NCBI GenBank assembly: GCA_040755855.1
Contig: JBFMAD010000002.1
Span: 224,001-288,000 of the forward strand
Direction: 5' to 3'
Source: Planctomycetota bacterium
Lineage (GTDB): Bacteria; Planctomycetota; Brocadiia; JAADGH01
Length of the DNA: 64,000 nt
Below the pieces are notes generated by a model, which was given only the letters and a program-made list of their open reading frames with translations, ran no database searches and was not told the origin of the DNA. Shown in pieces: positions 43,024-53,800 of the stretch. The position numbers were made by a program, and so were the translations under genes. How positions within the stretch are numbered: the stretch's first letter is position 1; the number at the start of each line of letters is the position of its first letter.

Positions 43024-45651
43024 TCATGCGCCCTGCGCATCAACATAGCAGGCGAATCGCTGCCCCATCGTGTCGGCGCTGAGTTTGAGAACGCCCTTCC
43101 GAGCCGAGTTTTTGGCGTCAATCACGCGGATGACATTCGACCACTTTTCGGCGTCAGGGACCAGATGAGCCAGCTGGTTGGGGGACCGCTCGAAATAGGC
43201 CTCGTCAATGAAGTTTTCCTTGCGCTTGGGGAACAGGGCCACGTACAGGATGTCCCGCTCGATGAGATCGCTGAAGAAGTGGGTCCCAAGGGAGACATCG
43301 GGAACCAGGTCGTCCCTCATGGCGACGATCTCGCACAGGACGGAAACGGGGCTGATCTCCCGGAACGAGACGGGAACGCCGAGGGAGGGGGTGCTGGTTC
43401 CCCAACGGCCCGGCCCGATGAGCATGATGGCCTGGGGGCGTCCGTCCTGCTTGACGTGAGAGATTTGGCCGATGAGTCGGGCGATCTCGTGGCGATCGCT
43501 GGTCGTGAGTCGGGCATATGCCGACGGCACGACGTAAATGATACGGTCGATCGTGCCGACCTGGCTCTGGCCGATGACGGTGTCTCGCGATTCGAGGACC
43601 AAGTCCTCCTTTTTGATATCGGCAAAGGACTGCGCCCGGACGATCCCCGTGCCCCGGATTTGCAGTGTGCGGCACTGAAGCAAATTGATCTTGTATCGGC
43701 CGTCGTGCAGGAAGTTGAGCGTGAACTCGATGTCCACGGGAGAGCCGTATGCGTCCTGGAGGATTCGGAGCATATCGCGCATGTCCTGGGGAAAGGCGGT
43801 TTCGGACAGGAGCCGCTGAAAGGTGAGGACCCAGGGAAAGAGGTCCCGCATGTCTCGATCTTCGGCCAATCGTACCATTTCCTCGTCGCGCGAGGCGAAG
43901 ATATCGATGGGGAGTCCCTCACAGCGTTTGGCCACGTCAACAAAATCCATGGATACCATCTGATTGGCTTCGAGGTCCAGGACGTCAACCCTGCGCTGGG
44001 CGAACTCGCGAACCTGGGAGAAGTCGGCATGGGGACGCTTGCCGGGGGCGTTCAGCGCAACGACAGTGGTGTAGTCGTCGGACGTGCGCTCGACGGCCCT
44101 CGTGCCGAGTCCGAAGACAAGGCGGATCATTCCCGCTTCAGAGTCTATGTCCTTGCTCCACGCATAGGGATTGAACGAGAATCCCACCCCGGCGACCTGG
44201 GGGAAGAATAGTCGCCCGTATTGAATGCCGGACACGCGCTGGACGAGCAAGGCCATCTGCTCGTCTTTGTCAAGGACTCCGCGTTCTGCCCGGTAGGTGA
44301 GGGCCTCCTCGCTCATGCTGCTGGCGTAGATCCCGCGAATCGCCGCCATCAGGTCCTCGATGCGAATATGGCGGGGACCCTGGTTGGCCAAGAACACGCT
44401 GTCGTACTTCCCGGCAAAGGCATTGCCGAAATTGTCCTCCAGGAGGCTGCTGGAGCGAACGATGATGGGCGACTGCCCGAAGTATCGGAGCAGGTTCTCG
44501 AACCGATCTTTCATGACATCGTGGAACTTGCCCATGAGGATTAGTTGGCGGGCCTCGGAGGCGCTGTCCAGGAACGACTTTGGATTTTTCTGTTTCTGTC
44601 GCAGCCGCCAGACGTGGTTGTTCACCAGAAAGGAATAGAACGCCTCCGAGCCGATGTAGAAGGAGTCGTGCGGCTCCAGCAGGTCGGACCAGCGCTTATC
44701 GGTCTTTTCCAATATGGCGCGGGCGAGGAGCATCCCGAAGGCCTTGCCGCCGATGAGGCCCGAGCTGACCATTCTCTTCTTGATGTTCAGCACGTCCGAC
44801 AGGGTGAAGTATTTCTTGGCCAGCTGAAGCCCTTGCTCATCGTCGGTGACGGCCATCCGCAGCGAGCGGTGAAAGGCCTCATCCAGCTTCTTCTCGCTGG
44901 CTTCCCCGCGGCGAAAGTCGTCCAGGGTCTCCTCGGCTTGGATGAAGGAGCGCGTCCACCCGCCGGGGCGCTCCGCCTCCGCCGCCAGTCCCGACCAGTC
45001 GGCGGAGGTGAGCACTTCGGCAGTCTTGTTGCTCTCCGTCACGGGGATGAAGTCATCGTCTTCCCAGACATGCAGCATGTGCATCGTCGGCGAGTAGCGA
45101 TTCTCGACCTTGCGCGGATGCACGTACAGCTTTCCCTTGTGGCGGTAGACATCCACCAGGATTTGCGTCGTTTCCACAATGGGAGAGGAGGCGTGAAATG
45201 AGTGGTAGTTTTTGAGCAGCGCGTAATAGGCGACCGTGTGCAGCGCAAAGAGATACGGGCATGTCAACATGTAGAAGTTGCCCAACATCCGATCGCTGTA
45301 GAGGTCCAGCGACAGTTCGGACAGGGCGTCAAACACGTAGAAGGCGTCTTCACCGGTTTTCTCGATGACGGCGTGGATTCGCGTGATGAACGGCTCGAAT
45401 CCCTCCTCGGGGTGCAGGCGGTGGATCTCCGCCCCCGAGTCCTCTGCAACGAGTGGTTCGTGCTTCGCGAAGCGAAAGTAGATGAGCCGCCTGCCCTTGG
45501 CAAGGGCGTTCTCGCAGTAGGGTTTGACGAAAGGCACGTAATCGCTGATTGAATCAACCTGCCAGACGATGTTATCGCCCGGGCGCAGGCCCTGAAACAC
45601 CCGGTCCAGACCGGGAAGCCCCGTGCTCAGGTATGGAATGTGCGGCGACAT
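43024..45651 (-). CDS. PEP-synthase/PPDK ATP-grasp-like protein with N-terminal degenerate RecA/KaiC-like domain
   Basis: 'LSTGLPGLD...GDNIVW'; 'IGGKAFG', 'VRSSSLLEDNFGNAFAGKY', 'LVFGLGTRAV', 'LLQCR', 'GPGRWG', 'GTHFF'. Confidence 0.88.
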   Translation of the reverse strand: MSPHIPYLSTGLPGLDRVFQGLRPGDNIVWQVDSISDYVPFVKPYCENALAKGRRLIYFRFAKHEPLVAEDSGAEIHRLHPEEGFEPFITRIHAVIEKTGEDAFYVFDALSELSLDLYSDRMLGNFYMLTCPYLFALHTVAYYALLKNYHSFHASSPIVETTQILVDVYRHKGKLYVHPRKVENRYSPTMHMLHVWEDDDFIPVTESNKTAEVLTSADWSGLAAEAERPGGWTRSFIQAEETLDDFRRGEASEKKLDEAFHRSLRMAVTDDEQGLQLAKKYFTLSDVLNIKKRMVSSGLIGGKAFGMLLARAILEKTDKRWSDLLEPHDSFYIGSEAFYSFLVNNHVWRLRQKQKNPKSFLDSASEARQLILMGKFHDVMKDRFENLLRYFGQSPIIVRSSSLLEDNFGNAFAGKYDSVFLANQGPRHIRIEDLMAAIRGIYASSMSEEALTYRAERGVLDKDEQMALLVQRVSGIQYGRLFFPQVAGVGFSFNPYAWSKDIDSEAGMIRLVFGLGTRAVERTSDDYTTVVALNAPGKRPHADFSQVREFAQRRVDVLDLEANQMVSMDFVDVAKRCEGLPIDIFASRDEEMVRLAEDRDMRDLFPWVLTFQRLLSETAFPQDMRDMLRILQDAYGSPVDIEFTLNFLHDGRYKINLLQCRTLQIRGTGIVRAQSFADIKKEDLVLESRDTVIGQSQVGTIDRIIYVVPSAYARLTTSDRHEIARLIGQISHVKQDGRPQAIMLIGPGRWGTSTPSLGVPVSFREISPVSVLCEIVAMRDDLVPDVSLGTHFFSDLIERDILYVALFPKRKENFIDEAYFERSPNQLAHLVPDAEKWSNVIRVIDAKNSARKGVLKLSADTMGQRFACYVDAQGA

Positions 45652-45759
45652 CTCAGCGGTACCGCTCTGAAAAAACGAACGTCGCAATGGATGCCACTAT
45701 TCCGCCCCTATATCTTAGTATACCATTTCTCAAGTCCATATAGGCTATGTGTTTTCCTC

Positions 45760-45812
45760 GTAATTCCCGCGAAAGCGGGAATCCAGTCCCGCGGCCGCGC
45801 GGGACGGAAATG
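45760..45812. repeat. dRS3-like palindromic repeat, possible terminator for gdhA
   Basis: ATTCCC-GCGAAAGC-GGGAAT-CCAG (45763-45786), then hairpin GTCCCGCG-gccg-CGCGGGAC and GGAAATGAC. Confidence 0.65.
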
Positions 45813-45863
45813 ACCACCGTTGGCTCGCAACAGAACACCACGCAAACTCACGAAAAATCGCAC

Positions 45864-47210
45864 TTAGACCAGCCCCTGATCAAGCATGGCGTCGGCGACC
45901 TTCTTGAAACCGGCGATGTTCGCGCCCTTCACATAGTTGCAGAAGTTGCCTTCCTGCCCATAGGTCACGCACTGCTTGTGGATGGCTTTCATAATCAGGT
46001 TCAGACGATTGTCCACCTCTTCCGCCGTCCATGAGAGCTTCATGCTGTTCTGCGACATCTCCAACCCGCTGGTCGCTACCCCCCCTGCATTCGCCGCCTT
46101 GCCGGGCGCATAGAGCAGCTTGTTCTCGAGGAAGATGCGGACGCCGCCGGGCGTGGTAGGCATGTTGGCTCCCTCTGCCACCAGCAGCACGCCGTTGCGG
46201 ACCAAATTCTGCGCGTCCTTCTCGCTGATCTCGTTCTCCGTGGCTGAGGGAAACGCACAATCGGCCTTGATGTCCCACAAGGGATTGAAGTCTCTGCTGT
46301 TCTCCACTGGAATATAGACAGCCCTTGGGTGCTTCTCCACATACTCCTTCATACGGCCGCGCCGGAAGTTCTTCAACTCCATCACATAGGCGAGCTTCTT
46401 GTCGTCAATGCCTTGCTCGTCGTGGACCATGCCGCTCGAATCGGACAACGTGATTACCTTGCCGCCGAGTTGGTTGATCTTCTCGACCGTGAATTGCGCC
46501 ACATTGCCCGACCCCGAAACGAGGCAGGTCTTGCCTTTGATTGTATCGCCGCGCGTCTTCAGCATCTCCTGGGCAAAGTAGACCGCCCCGTAGCCCGTCG
46601 CCTCGGGTCGGATGAGAGACCCGCCCCAGTTAAGCCCCTTGCCCGTCAGCACTCCGGTGAACTCGTTGCGGAGGCGTTTGTACTGGCCGAAAAGAAATCC
46701 GATTTCCCGCGCGCCCACGCCGATATCGCCGGCGGGCACATCCGTATCGGGACCGATGTGGCGGAAGAGTTCCGTCATGAAACTCTGGCAGAAACGCATC
46801 ACCTCGCTGTCGCTCTTCCCCTTCGGATCGAAGTCGCTTCCACCTTTGCCGCCTCCCATGGCAAGTGTCGTCAGCGCGTTCTTGAAGATCTGCTCGAAGC
46901 CGAGAAACTTGATGATGCTCAGATTGACGGATGGGTGGAACCGCAGCCCGCCCTTGTACGGCCCGATGGCGCTGCTGAACTCGACGCGATACCCGCGGTT
47001 CACATGAATCTCCCCTCGGTCGTCCTGCCACGGGACGCGGAACATGATCATGCGCTCCGGCTCGACAATCCGCTCCAGAATTTTCGCCTTTGCGTATTGC
47101 TTATTCGCAGCGACAAAATCCGCTACACTCTCCACGACCTCCCGCACAGCCTGATGAAACTCCGGCTGAGCCGGATCACGAGCCATCACCCGCTCCAAGA
47201 TGTCCTGCAT
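45864..47210 (-). CDS. gdhA: NADP-specific glutamate dehydrogenase
   Basis: 'GPYKGGLRFHP', 'MGGGKGG', 'DVPAGDIGVG', 'RPEATGYG', 'SGSGNVA', 'EGANMP'. Confidence 0.97.
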   Translation of the reverse strand: MQDILERVMARDPAQPEFHQAVREVVESVADFVAANKQYAKAKILERIVEPERMIMFRVPWQDDRGEIHVNRGYRVEFSSAIGPYKGGLRFHPSVNLSIIKFLGFEQIFKNALTTLAMGGGKGGSDFDPKGKSDSEVMRFCQSFMTELFRHIGPDTDVPAGDIGVGAREIGFLFGQYKRLRNEFTGVLTGKGLNWGGSLIRPEATGYGAVYFAQEMLKTRGDTIKGKTCLVSGSGNVAQFTVEKINQLGGKVITLSDSSGMVHDEQGIDDKKLAYVMELKNFRRGRMKEYVEKHPRAVYIPVENSRDFNPLWDIKADCAFPSATENEISEKDAQNLVRNGVLLVAEGANMPTTPGGVRIFLENKLLYAPGKAANAGGVATSGLEMSQNSMKLSWTAEEVDNRLNLIMKAIHKQCVTYGQEGNFCNYVKGANIAGFKKVADAMLDQGLV

Positions 47211-47632
47211 CGGCGCTTTCCTTTCTCTTCGCATCTGTCATGACCAATGTGCCATTCTCCAAGTCCGTATAAGGAGGGAAGCCCGTCATTTGCGGTGCGG
47301 ATTTTATCCCGTTCGTTGAAAGGATGGCCTGGGCAACGAATAAAGCACCGAAGTGCTCACTACACAAACGGCAGGTATCTTCCACGCCTCAAAAACGCCC
47401 TATACGAACAAAAAAATTCTACCACGCGGCCTGCCCAAAAGCAAGGCAATAGCGGCAGCGTTGCCGCATGGAGATTTTTCGATACCGGCGAGAGGATTAC
47501 GCATCCCGCCTTATATGCTCTCCCGATGAGGAGGCCGGCAATATTGCCGTATGAGATGGCCTGGCGTCGGCAATAATTACACAAGTGCGCAATAATTATG
47601 CAATAATTCTTGGCATAGAGGCAAAATAGTTA

Positions 47633-47691
47633 TTGACATTGGCATTTGATTGCCGATATAATAGGCATTATCTTGCCGGTAGTGCATTGCC
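47633..47691 (+). promoter_or_regulatory. Consensus sigma70 promoter overlapped by three 14-bp palindromes (candidate NrpR operators)
   Basis: TTGACA (47633)-N18-TATAAT (47657); GGCA-tttgat-TGCC (47641), GGCA-ttatct-TGCC (47664), GGTA-gtgcat-TGCC (47678). Confidence 0.75.
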
Positions 47692-47753
47692 GACAGGCCG
47701 CGCGATTGATATGGGTTTGGTCTATAGTCCTTGTTCTGGAAAGGAGAATTGAA

Positions 47754-49337
47754 ATGAACTTTTCGAGGCCGAATGCGAGCGAAACGTCGCAAACGTCAAA
47801 TCGTTCTCGCGATGTCGCCCCAAGTTCGGGACTTTGCTCGCGTTGTCTTGACGGGTGTCGCGGAAATTGTGAGGTCTTCAAGTCATCCTTCCGCGGACGC
47901 GAGGTGATCTATCCCGGCCCCTTCGGTGAAATCACTGCCGGAGGAGATAAAGAATACCCGGTGGATTACTCCCACCTGAACATCCACGGCTACGCCCTCG
48001 GCGCGGAGGCCATTGACGAGGCCAACCCCGACAAGGCCATCTTCCCGGTCGTGGACACCTCCACGGTGTTCGGCAACCTGGACACCGTCAAGATGAAGCT
48101 CCCGATCTTTACCGGAGCGCTCGGCTCGACCACCGTCGCCATGAACAATTGGGACCAGCTGGCTGTCGGCGCGGCCATTTCGGGCATCGCCCTCGTCTGC
48201 GGCGAGAATGTCTGCGGCATCGACCACAATCTCGAAGTGAAGAACGGCAAGGTCGTCCGGTCGCCCGAGATGGAACGGCGCGTAAAGGTCTACCAGGACT
48301 GGTATGAAGGCTACGGCGACCTGATCGTACAGATGAACGTCGAGGACTATCGTCTGGGCGTAGCCGAGTACGTCGTGGGCAAGCTCGGCGTGAAAACGAT
48401 CGAGCTCAAGTGGGGCCAGGGCGCGAAGTGCATCGGCGGGGAAATCAAGATTGACTCGCTGGAGCGCGCCATCGAGCTGCAGAAGCGTGGCTACATCATC
48501 ACGCCCAACCCCTCGAACGAGGCCAATCAGGCCGCCTTTAAGCAGGGGGCGCTCAAGGAGTTCGAGCGTCACTCCCGCCTCGGCTTTATCGAGGAGGACG
48601 AGTTCCTGTGCGAGGTCGAGCGCATCCGCCGCAGCATCGGCGCCACGCGCGTTACCCTCAAGACCGGCGCCTACGGCATGCGCGAGCTGGCCATGGCCAT
48701 CAAGTGGTCGTCCAGGGCGCGCGTTGATCTGCTCACCATTGACGGGGCGGGCGGCGGCACGGGCATGAGCCCCTGGCGGATGATGGTGGAGTGGGGCGTG
48801 CCCACGTTCTACCTCCAGGCCATGACCTACGACCTGTGCCGGCGACTGGCCCAGCGCGGCGAGTACGTGCCCAATATCGCCATCGCCGGGGGCTTCAGCA
48901 GCGAGGACCAGGTCTTCAAGGCCCTGGCTATGGGCGCCCCCTACGTCAAGGCGGTCTGCATGGGCCGCGCCCTCATGATCCCCGGCATGGTGGGCAAGAA
49001 CATCGCCAATTGGATCAACGAAGGCGACCTGCCCAAGACCGTGTCACAGTTCGGCAGCACGCCCGAACAGATTTTCACCACCTATCACACGCTCAAGGAG
49101 CGCTACGGCGACCGGATGAAAAAGATGCCCTTGGGAGCCGTCGGCGTCTATACCTTCTGCGACAAGATTCAGACCGGCCTGACGCAACTTATGGCCGGGA
49201 GTCGGAGCTTCCGCATCTCGACCATTGACCGCGCGGATCTGATGGCCCTGACCGAGGAGGCCGCGAAGGTGTCCGGCATTCCGTACGTCATGGACAGCTA
49301 TCGCGAGGAGGCCGAGAAGATCATAGACGCGAAGTAG
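47754..49337 (+). CDS. FMN-binding glutamate synthase family protein (stand-alone GltB domain 2)
   Basis: ATG after AAGGAG; 'CSRCLDGCRGNCE', 'IELKWGQGAK', 'IDGAGGGTGMSP', 'AGGFS', 'VCMGRA'. Confidence 0.93.
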   Translation: MNFSRPNASETSQTSNRSRDVAPSSGLCSRCLDGCRGNCEVFKSSFRGREVIYPGPFGEITAGGDKEYPVDYSHLNIHGYALGAEAIDEANPDKAIFPVVDTSTVFGNLDTVKMKLPIFTGALGSTTVAMNNWDQLAVGAAISGIALVCGENVCGIDHNLEVKNGKVVRSPEMERRVKVYQDWYEGYGDLIVQMNVEDYRLGVAEYVVGKLGVKTIELKWGQGAKCIGGEIKIDSLERAIELQKRGYIITPNPSNEANQAAFKQGALKEFERHSRLGFIEEDEFLCEVERIRRSIGATRVTLKTGAYGMRELAMAIKWSSRARVDLLTIDGAGGGTGMSPWRMMVEWGVPTFYLQAMTYDLCRRLAQRGEYVPNIAIAGGFSSEDQVFKALAMGAPYVKAVCMGRALMIPGMVGKNIANWINEGDLPKTVSQFGSTPEQIFTTYHTLKERYGDRMKKMPLGAVGVYTFCDKIQTGLTQLMAGSRSFRISTIDRADLMALTEEAAKVSGIPYVMDSYREEAEKIIDAK

Positions 49338-49359
49338 TTTCGATCCGTCTGCAAAGCGA

Positions 49360-49395
49360 CAACGCCGCCTCCCACGAGGCGGCGTTGCTCGTTTT
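49360..49395 (+). terminator. Rho-independent terminator between convergent genes
   Basis: 12-bp stem CAACGCCGCCTC-ccac-GAGGCGGCGTTG followed by ctcgTTTT. Confidence 0.75.
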
Positions 49396-50803
49396 AAACC
49401 TCAAACCCCTCCCCCAACTCCGGCACGATGACCTCCTCGATGGCGAGGCCGCGCATGTGGTCGGCCAAGGCGAGGGATTGGTCCTCCGCGCCGTGGACGA
49501 TAAATGCCTTCCGGATATGCCCGTCAACCGCCTTGAAGTAGTCGAGCAGGTCGTTCTTGTCGGCGTGGGCGCTCAAGGCGTTGAAGACGACGACCTCCGC
49601 GTTTACATCGAACTTCTCGCCGAGGATCTTCACCCGCCGTTCGTGATCCACCAGGCGCTTGCCCAGCGTGTTCTCCGCCATGAAGCCGACGATCATCACC
49701 GTGTTGCGCTCATCCTCGATGTTGTTCTTCAGGTGGTGGAGGATGCGGCCGATTTCGCACATGCCCGATGAGGAGATGATGACGCACGGCGCCTTCCGGT
49801 CGTTGAGCTTCTTTGATTCCTCGACATCGCGGATGTATTGAATCTGCTCGAAGCCCATGCCATTTCCGAAGAGTCCGTTGGGGCCGGACCGCGTCAGCAG
49901 ACGGCGGGCCTCCTCGTCGTAGCACTCGGCGTGCATCTTGAAGACCTCCGTCGCATTCACGGACAGGGGACTGTCCACAAAGACGGGGATGTGCGGTATC
50001 CGCTCGGCGAGCGCCAGCTTGTGGAGGAGATAGACCACATTCTGCGTGCGCCCCACGCTGAAGGCGGGGACGATGATCTTGCCCCCGCGCGAGACGGTCC
50101 GCCGCACCACGTCGGCGAATTTCTCCTCCATGCGCTCGGCAGGATCGTGAACGCGATTGCCGTAGGTGCTTTCGGTGATCAGCACGTCAATCGCTTTGAC
50201 AATCTCCGGATCGCGGAGGATGGGCATGTTGGGGTGGCCCAGGTCGCCGGTGAAGGCGAGCCGGGTCTTGCGACCCTTTTCCTGAATCTCCAGGATGACG
50301 ACCGCCGCCCCGAGGATGTGGCCCGCGTCGTAGAACATCCCTTCGACGCCCTCGGCCACCCAGAAGCGACGATGGTAGCCGAGGCCCACGAAGTGGCGCA
50401 TCACCTTCTCGGCGTCGGTCATCGTGTAGAGCGGGTCGAGCGGCTGTTCGCCCGTCTTGGCGGCCTTCTTCCGCAGATATTCGACATCGCGCTCCTGGAT
50501 GTGCGCGCTGTCGCGGAGCATGATGCCGCACAGGTCGCGCGTGGCCGACGTGCAATAGATATTGTTGTTGAAGCCCTGAGCGTGGAGGATGGGCAGGTTG
50601 CCGCTGTGGTCAATGTGGGCATGTGAGAGGACGACAGCGCTGATCTCTGCGGGGTTGAAGGGGAAGCTCTTGTTCCGCTCATAGGCATCGAGCCGGTGGC
50701 CGTGGAACATGCCGCATTCCAACAGCACCTTGCTGTTGTTGACGTGAATGAGATGCCGTGAACCCGTGACATTCCGCACCGCGCCGAGAAACTCGATCCG
50801 CAT
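49394..50803 (-). CDS. MBL-fold beta-CASP ribonuclease
   Basis: 'VTGSRH', 'SHAHIDHSG', 'AGHILG', 'FTGDLG', 'ESTYGNR', 'PAFSVGRTQ', 'SAHAD'. Confidence 0.95.
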   Translation of the reverse strand: MRIEFLGAVRNVTGSRHLIHVNNSKVLLECGMFHGHRLDAYERNKSFPFNPAEISAVVLSHAHIDHSGNLPILHAQGFNNNIYCTSATRDLCGIMLRDSAHIQERDVEYLRKKAAKTGEQPLDPLYTMTDAEKVMRHFVGLGYHRRFWVAEGVEGMFYDAGHILGAAVVILEIQEKGRKTRLAFTGDLGHPNMPILRDPEIVKAIDVLITESTYGNRVHDPAERMEEKFADVVRRTVSRGGKIIVPAFSVGRTQNVVYLLHKLALAERIPHIPVFVDSPLSVNATEVFKMHAECYDEEARRLLTRSGPNGLFGNGMGFEQIQYIRDVEESKKLNDRKAPCVIISSSGMCEIGRILHHLKNNIEDERNTVMIVGFMAENTLGKRLVDHERRVKILGEKFDVNAEVVVFNALSAHADKNDLLDYFKAVDGHIRKAFIVHGAEDQSLALADHMRGLAIEEVIVPELGEGFEV

Positions 50804-50872
50804 CCGTCACTCCACACTTCAAACGAACCCGCAAAACGCGGATAGTATACCACAAGCGCGCCCCGGAAGCCA

Positions 50873-53800
50873 CTACCTTGCGCGCACTTGCACGACCACG
50901 CCCACATCCCGCTGCCCGATTTCCAGCTCGATGATCGCCTGGCCGTTCTCGATGCGCGGCGTGAGCGGCTGGTCGCGCCAGACGTCGCGGTAGGTCGCGC
51001 CGTCCACATGATCTACGGTCAGCACCCTCCCTCTGACCGTCCGGTAGCGCCCGTTCCAGAAGGTCCACACCGTCTCCTTCCGGCCGGGGAAGGCGTTGCA
51101 GTAGACGCCGGGGCAGTCGCTGTCAACGAGCATGCGAGGGTTCATTGTGAGGAAGGCATCTTCGTGCGTCTTCAGAATGTTCGCGCACTTTTTCGTCAAC
51201 GCGAATGCGTCGGGGTCGTGTCCGTAGGAAAGCGTGTAGAGCGCTACGCCGTTGAACAGCGTGTGAATCAGGCCGTCATAGATGCCGTCGGACATGCCGC
51301 CGGCATTCGTAATCATGAACGGCTTGAAATCGGGAAACGCAAACCTTGGCACGTTGGCAAACCCCGGCGAGAACTCCAAGCTCTCGTGCTTGTGGCAATA
51401 CTGGTATGCGCCGTCCAGGTGCGGGATCACGATGTCGCACGGGACATGCTCGGTGTAGAGGGCGACGTCCTTCGGCAGCGCGCCGCGGACCTTCGTGAAG
51501 AGCGCCTTGCACCCGGCGATTGTCGTCGCGGGGACCGCGTGGCCGTGGTCTTTGCTCCAGCAGTAATACTGCGGCATGTCCCCGCCGCCCTCGTCCAAGT
51601 AGATCCCGTCGCAGCCGGTCTCCTTCACGACGCGGGCGCATGTCTCGGCCATGTAGTCAATCCACCCCTGCTGCGCGAGGCACATGTTGTACATCGGATC
51701 TTCCTCGGTGGAATAGCCGTCGCCGAGCTGCCCCATCTGTTTTCGGGTGCACCACTCTTCGCCGTGTTTCTGCCCGATGAGCGACTTCTTGCTCATGAGA
51801 AAGCAGTCGAGGTAGAGGCCGACGCGGATGCCCTTCCCGTGCAGAAAGTCAATCATCCGCCGAAATCCGTCGAGGCCGCCGATGGCGTCGTAGTGCCGGT
51901 AGTCGCCCCATCGGCCGTACTTCTCCGAGATGCGCCAGTCGAAGAAGTGCATGTAGTCCACATGGCCGAACTTCTCCATTTCCATTTCATACATTTCGTT
52001 ATTGCGAATTGCCTTCGTTTTCTCATCCAGCCAGGCGTACTGGGGGTACTTGTCAACGCGAAACCAATGCGTGCGGAGGTGCCAGATGCGGCGATACCAG
52101 TCAATCCGCGGGACCTGCGGTTTGTACCACGTGGCGATCCACTTCTGGTTCCGGTCAAAGGCCGCATGCCAGTCGCCGGCGTGCAGGCCGATGACGGCAG
52201 GCGGGAACTCCTGCCATTTGTCCGCCGGCAGGTCAAGGGCGATATATTCGACCTTCGCGATTGTGACCCCCTTCTCCTTGCCCGCTTCATACCATCGGTG
52301 GACGGCGTCGCGTGTGCGCGTGCCGACATAGAGTCCACCGCCGATTCGCCGGTCGTAGAAGTCCATCCACTGCAAGACATAGCGGTGGCCGTAGCCGTCT
52401 CGAAAGACTTGGTCCCGGTTGCTCAGGACGAGGGACGTGTGGGGCAGGGCATACCACAAGTCGTCCGGGTGGTCGGGGATCGTCAAGGCGATCTCGGGGA
52501 AGACCACACGGAGCTGACGTGTCTTGTCATCAGCATTGCGGACCCGGAGATGCAGGAGTATCTCACCATCCACCGGGAGATCTATGGTCAGCTCGGCATC
52601 GAGCTTCGCCTCGGCGCAATGCAACTTGACAGTCACATTTTTGTCCGTGACATGGATCGGTTCAGTCTGCTTGAACGCTTCGCCCGTCCATGTCGTTTCA
52701 CCTTCGCGAATCGAAAACAGGGGGCGAGGCACTGCCTGCAGTCGGCAGTCGAGAACGGGAAGTTCGAGCGATGAAACACCACACCCCTTCGCGAGGTCGA
52801 AGGCCACGTCCCCGTCGGACCCGCCAACCACGGTCCCGCTCTTGTCGTCGCGAACATGTGGCTTGCTTGCAAACGCAACGCCGTTCTGCGGCGTCGGACA
52901 AAGGTCGGCATAGAGGTCCGGGATGGTGGTTTTGCTGCCGAGCGTTGCAGCGATGAGATAGAACCCGCCGAAGACCATGCCGTCGCGAATCTCCATCTGC
53001 TTGATTTGCCTCTCCGGATCAGCGGCCACAGCGTAGGCGTGGATACCCCGCCATACGCCATGCTTCTGCTGGTCAATGCAGTAGGGCATCTGTTCCTCCG
53101 CCGCGCCGTCGGCGTAGGTCAGCTTCACGGAGAAGCGCAACGGCGAGTCAATGGACTCGCCCGGCTCCCAGCCGGGGTATGTCAGAATACGGTACGGAAG
53201 CTGCGCTCCCATCAGCAGATACACCTCTCTCGCCGACTGCCCTATCGGCACGGTCGCCGTCCCCGTCTCCTTGTAGGGCGTCGCGGCGGCAACCTTCCCC
53301 TCTGTCTTCGCGGCAAATGGGAGGCCCGCGACAAGCACGCGATCCTTCCTGAACCAATCGGCCACGGCCAGGTCCTTCTGGACCGCCGTTAAGTCGGTAG
53401 TCAGTGTGCCGCTGATGTCAATCGGCTGGCCCACTGCATCATCGGCGCCGGCTTTCCATGCCGCATGATCCGAGATCGGGACCGGGTAGGGTTCGCGCGA
53501 TATTGCCAGAAGCGAAATTTCCAGCGTACCCTCCAGCTTCGGCAGGGAGGCGAACCGGACGATCATGCAGTTCAGCTTGCCGTGGTCGTTGAGCGTCGTG
53601 GTGATCGTGTGCCACTGCCCATCGTGCTTCAGGTCTTTCGGGAAAAAAACGATGTTCTTTCGATAATCAATTCGCTTGCCGCAACGCATGAAAAGGAAGT
53701 ACGACTGGAGGTCCGGATCGGTGTTTTGCAGGCGGTAGCGCATCGTGATGTATCGGAACTTCGCCAGGTCGAGTTCCGGGTTGAAGTATCGCAGCCAGAG

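Noticed and set aside
43024..45651. True ppdK/ppsA
   Set aside because: Lacks the recognisable C-terminal PEP/pyruvate-binding barrel, so no gene symbol was assigned.
47639..47654. Sigma54 promoter TTGGCA...TTGC
   Set aside because: GG-to-GC spacing is 9 rather than 10, and the site fits the 14-bp palindrome inside a sigma70 promoter.
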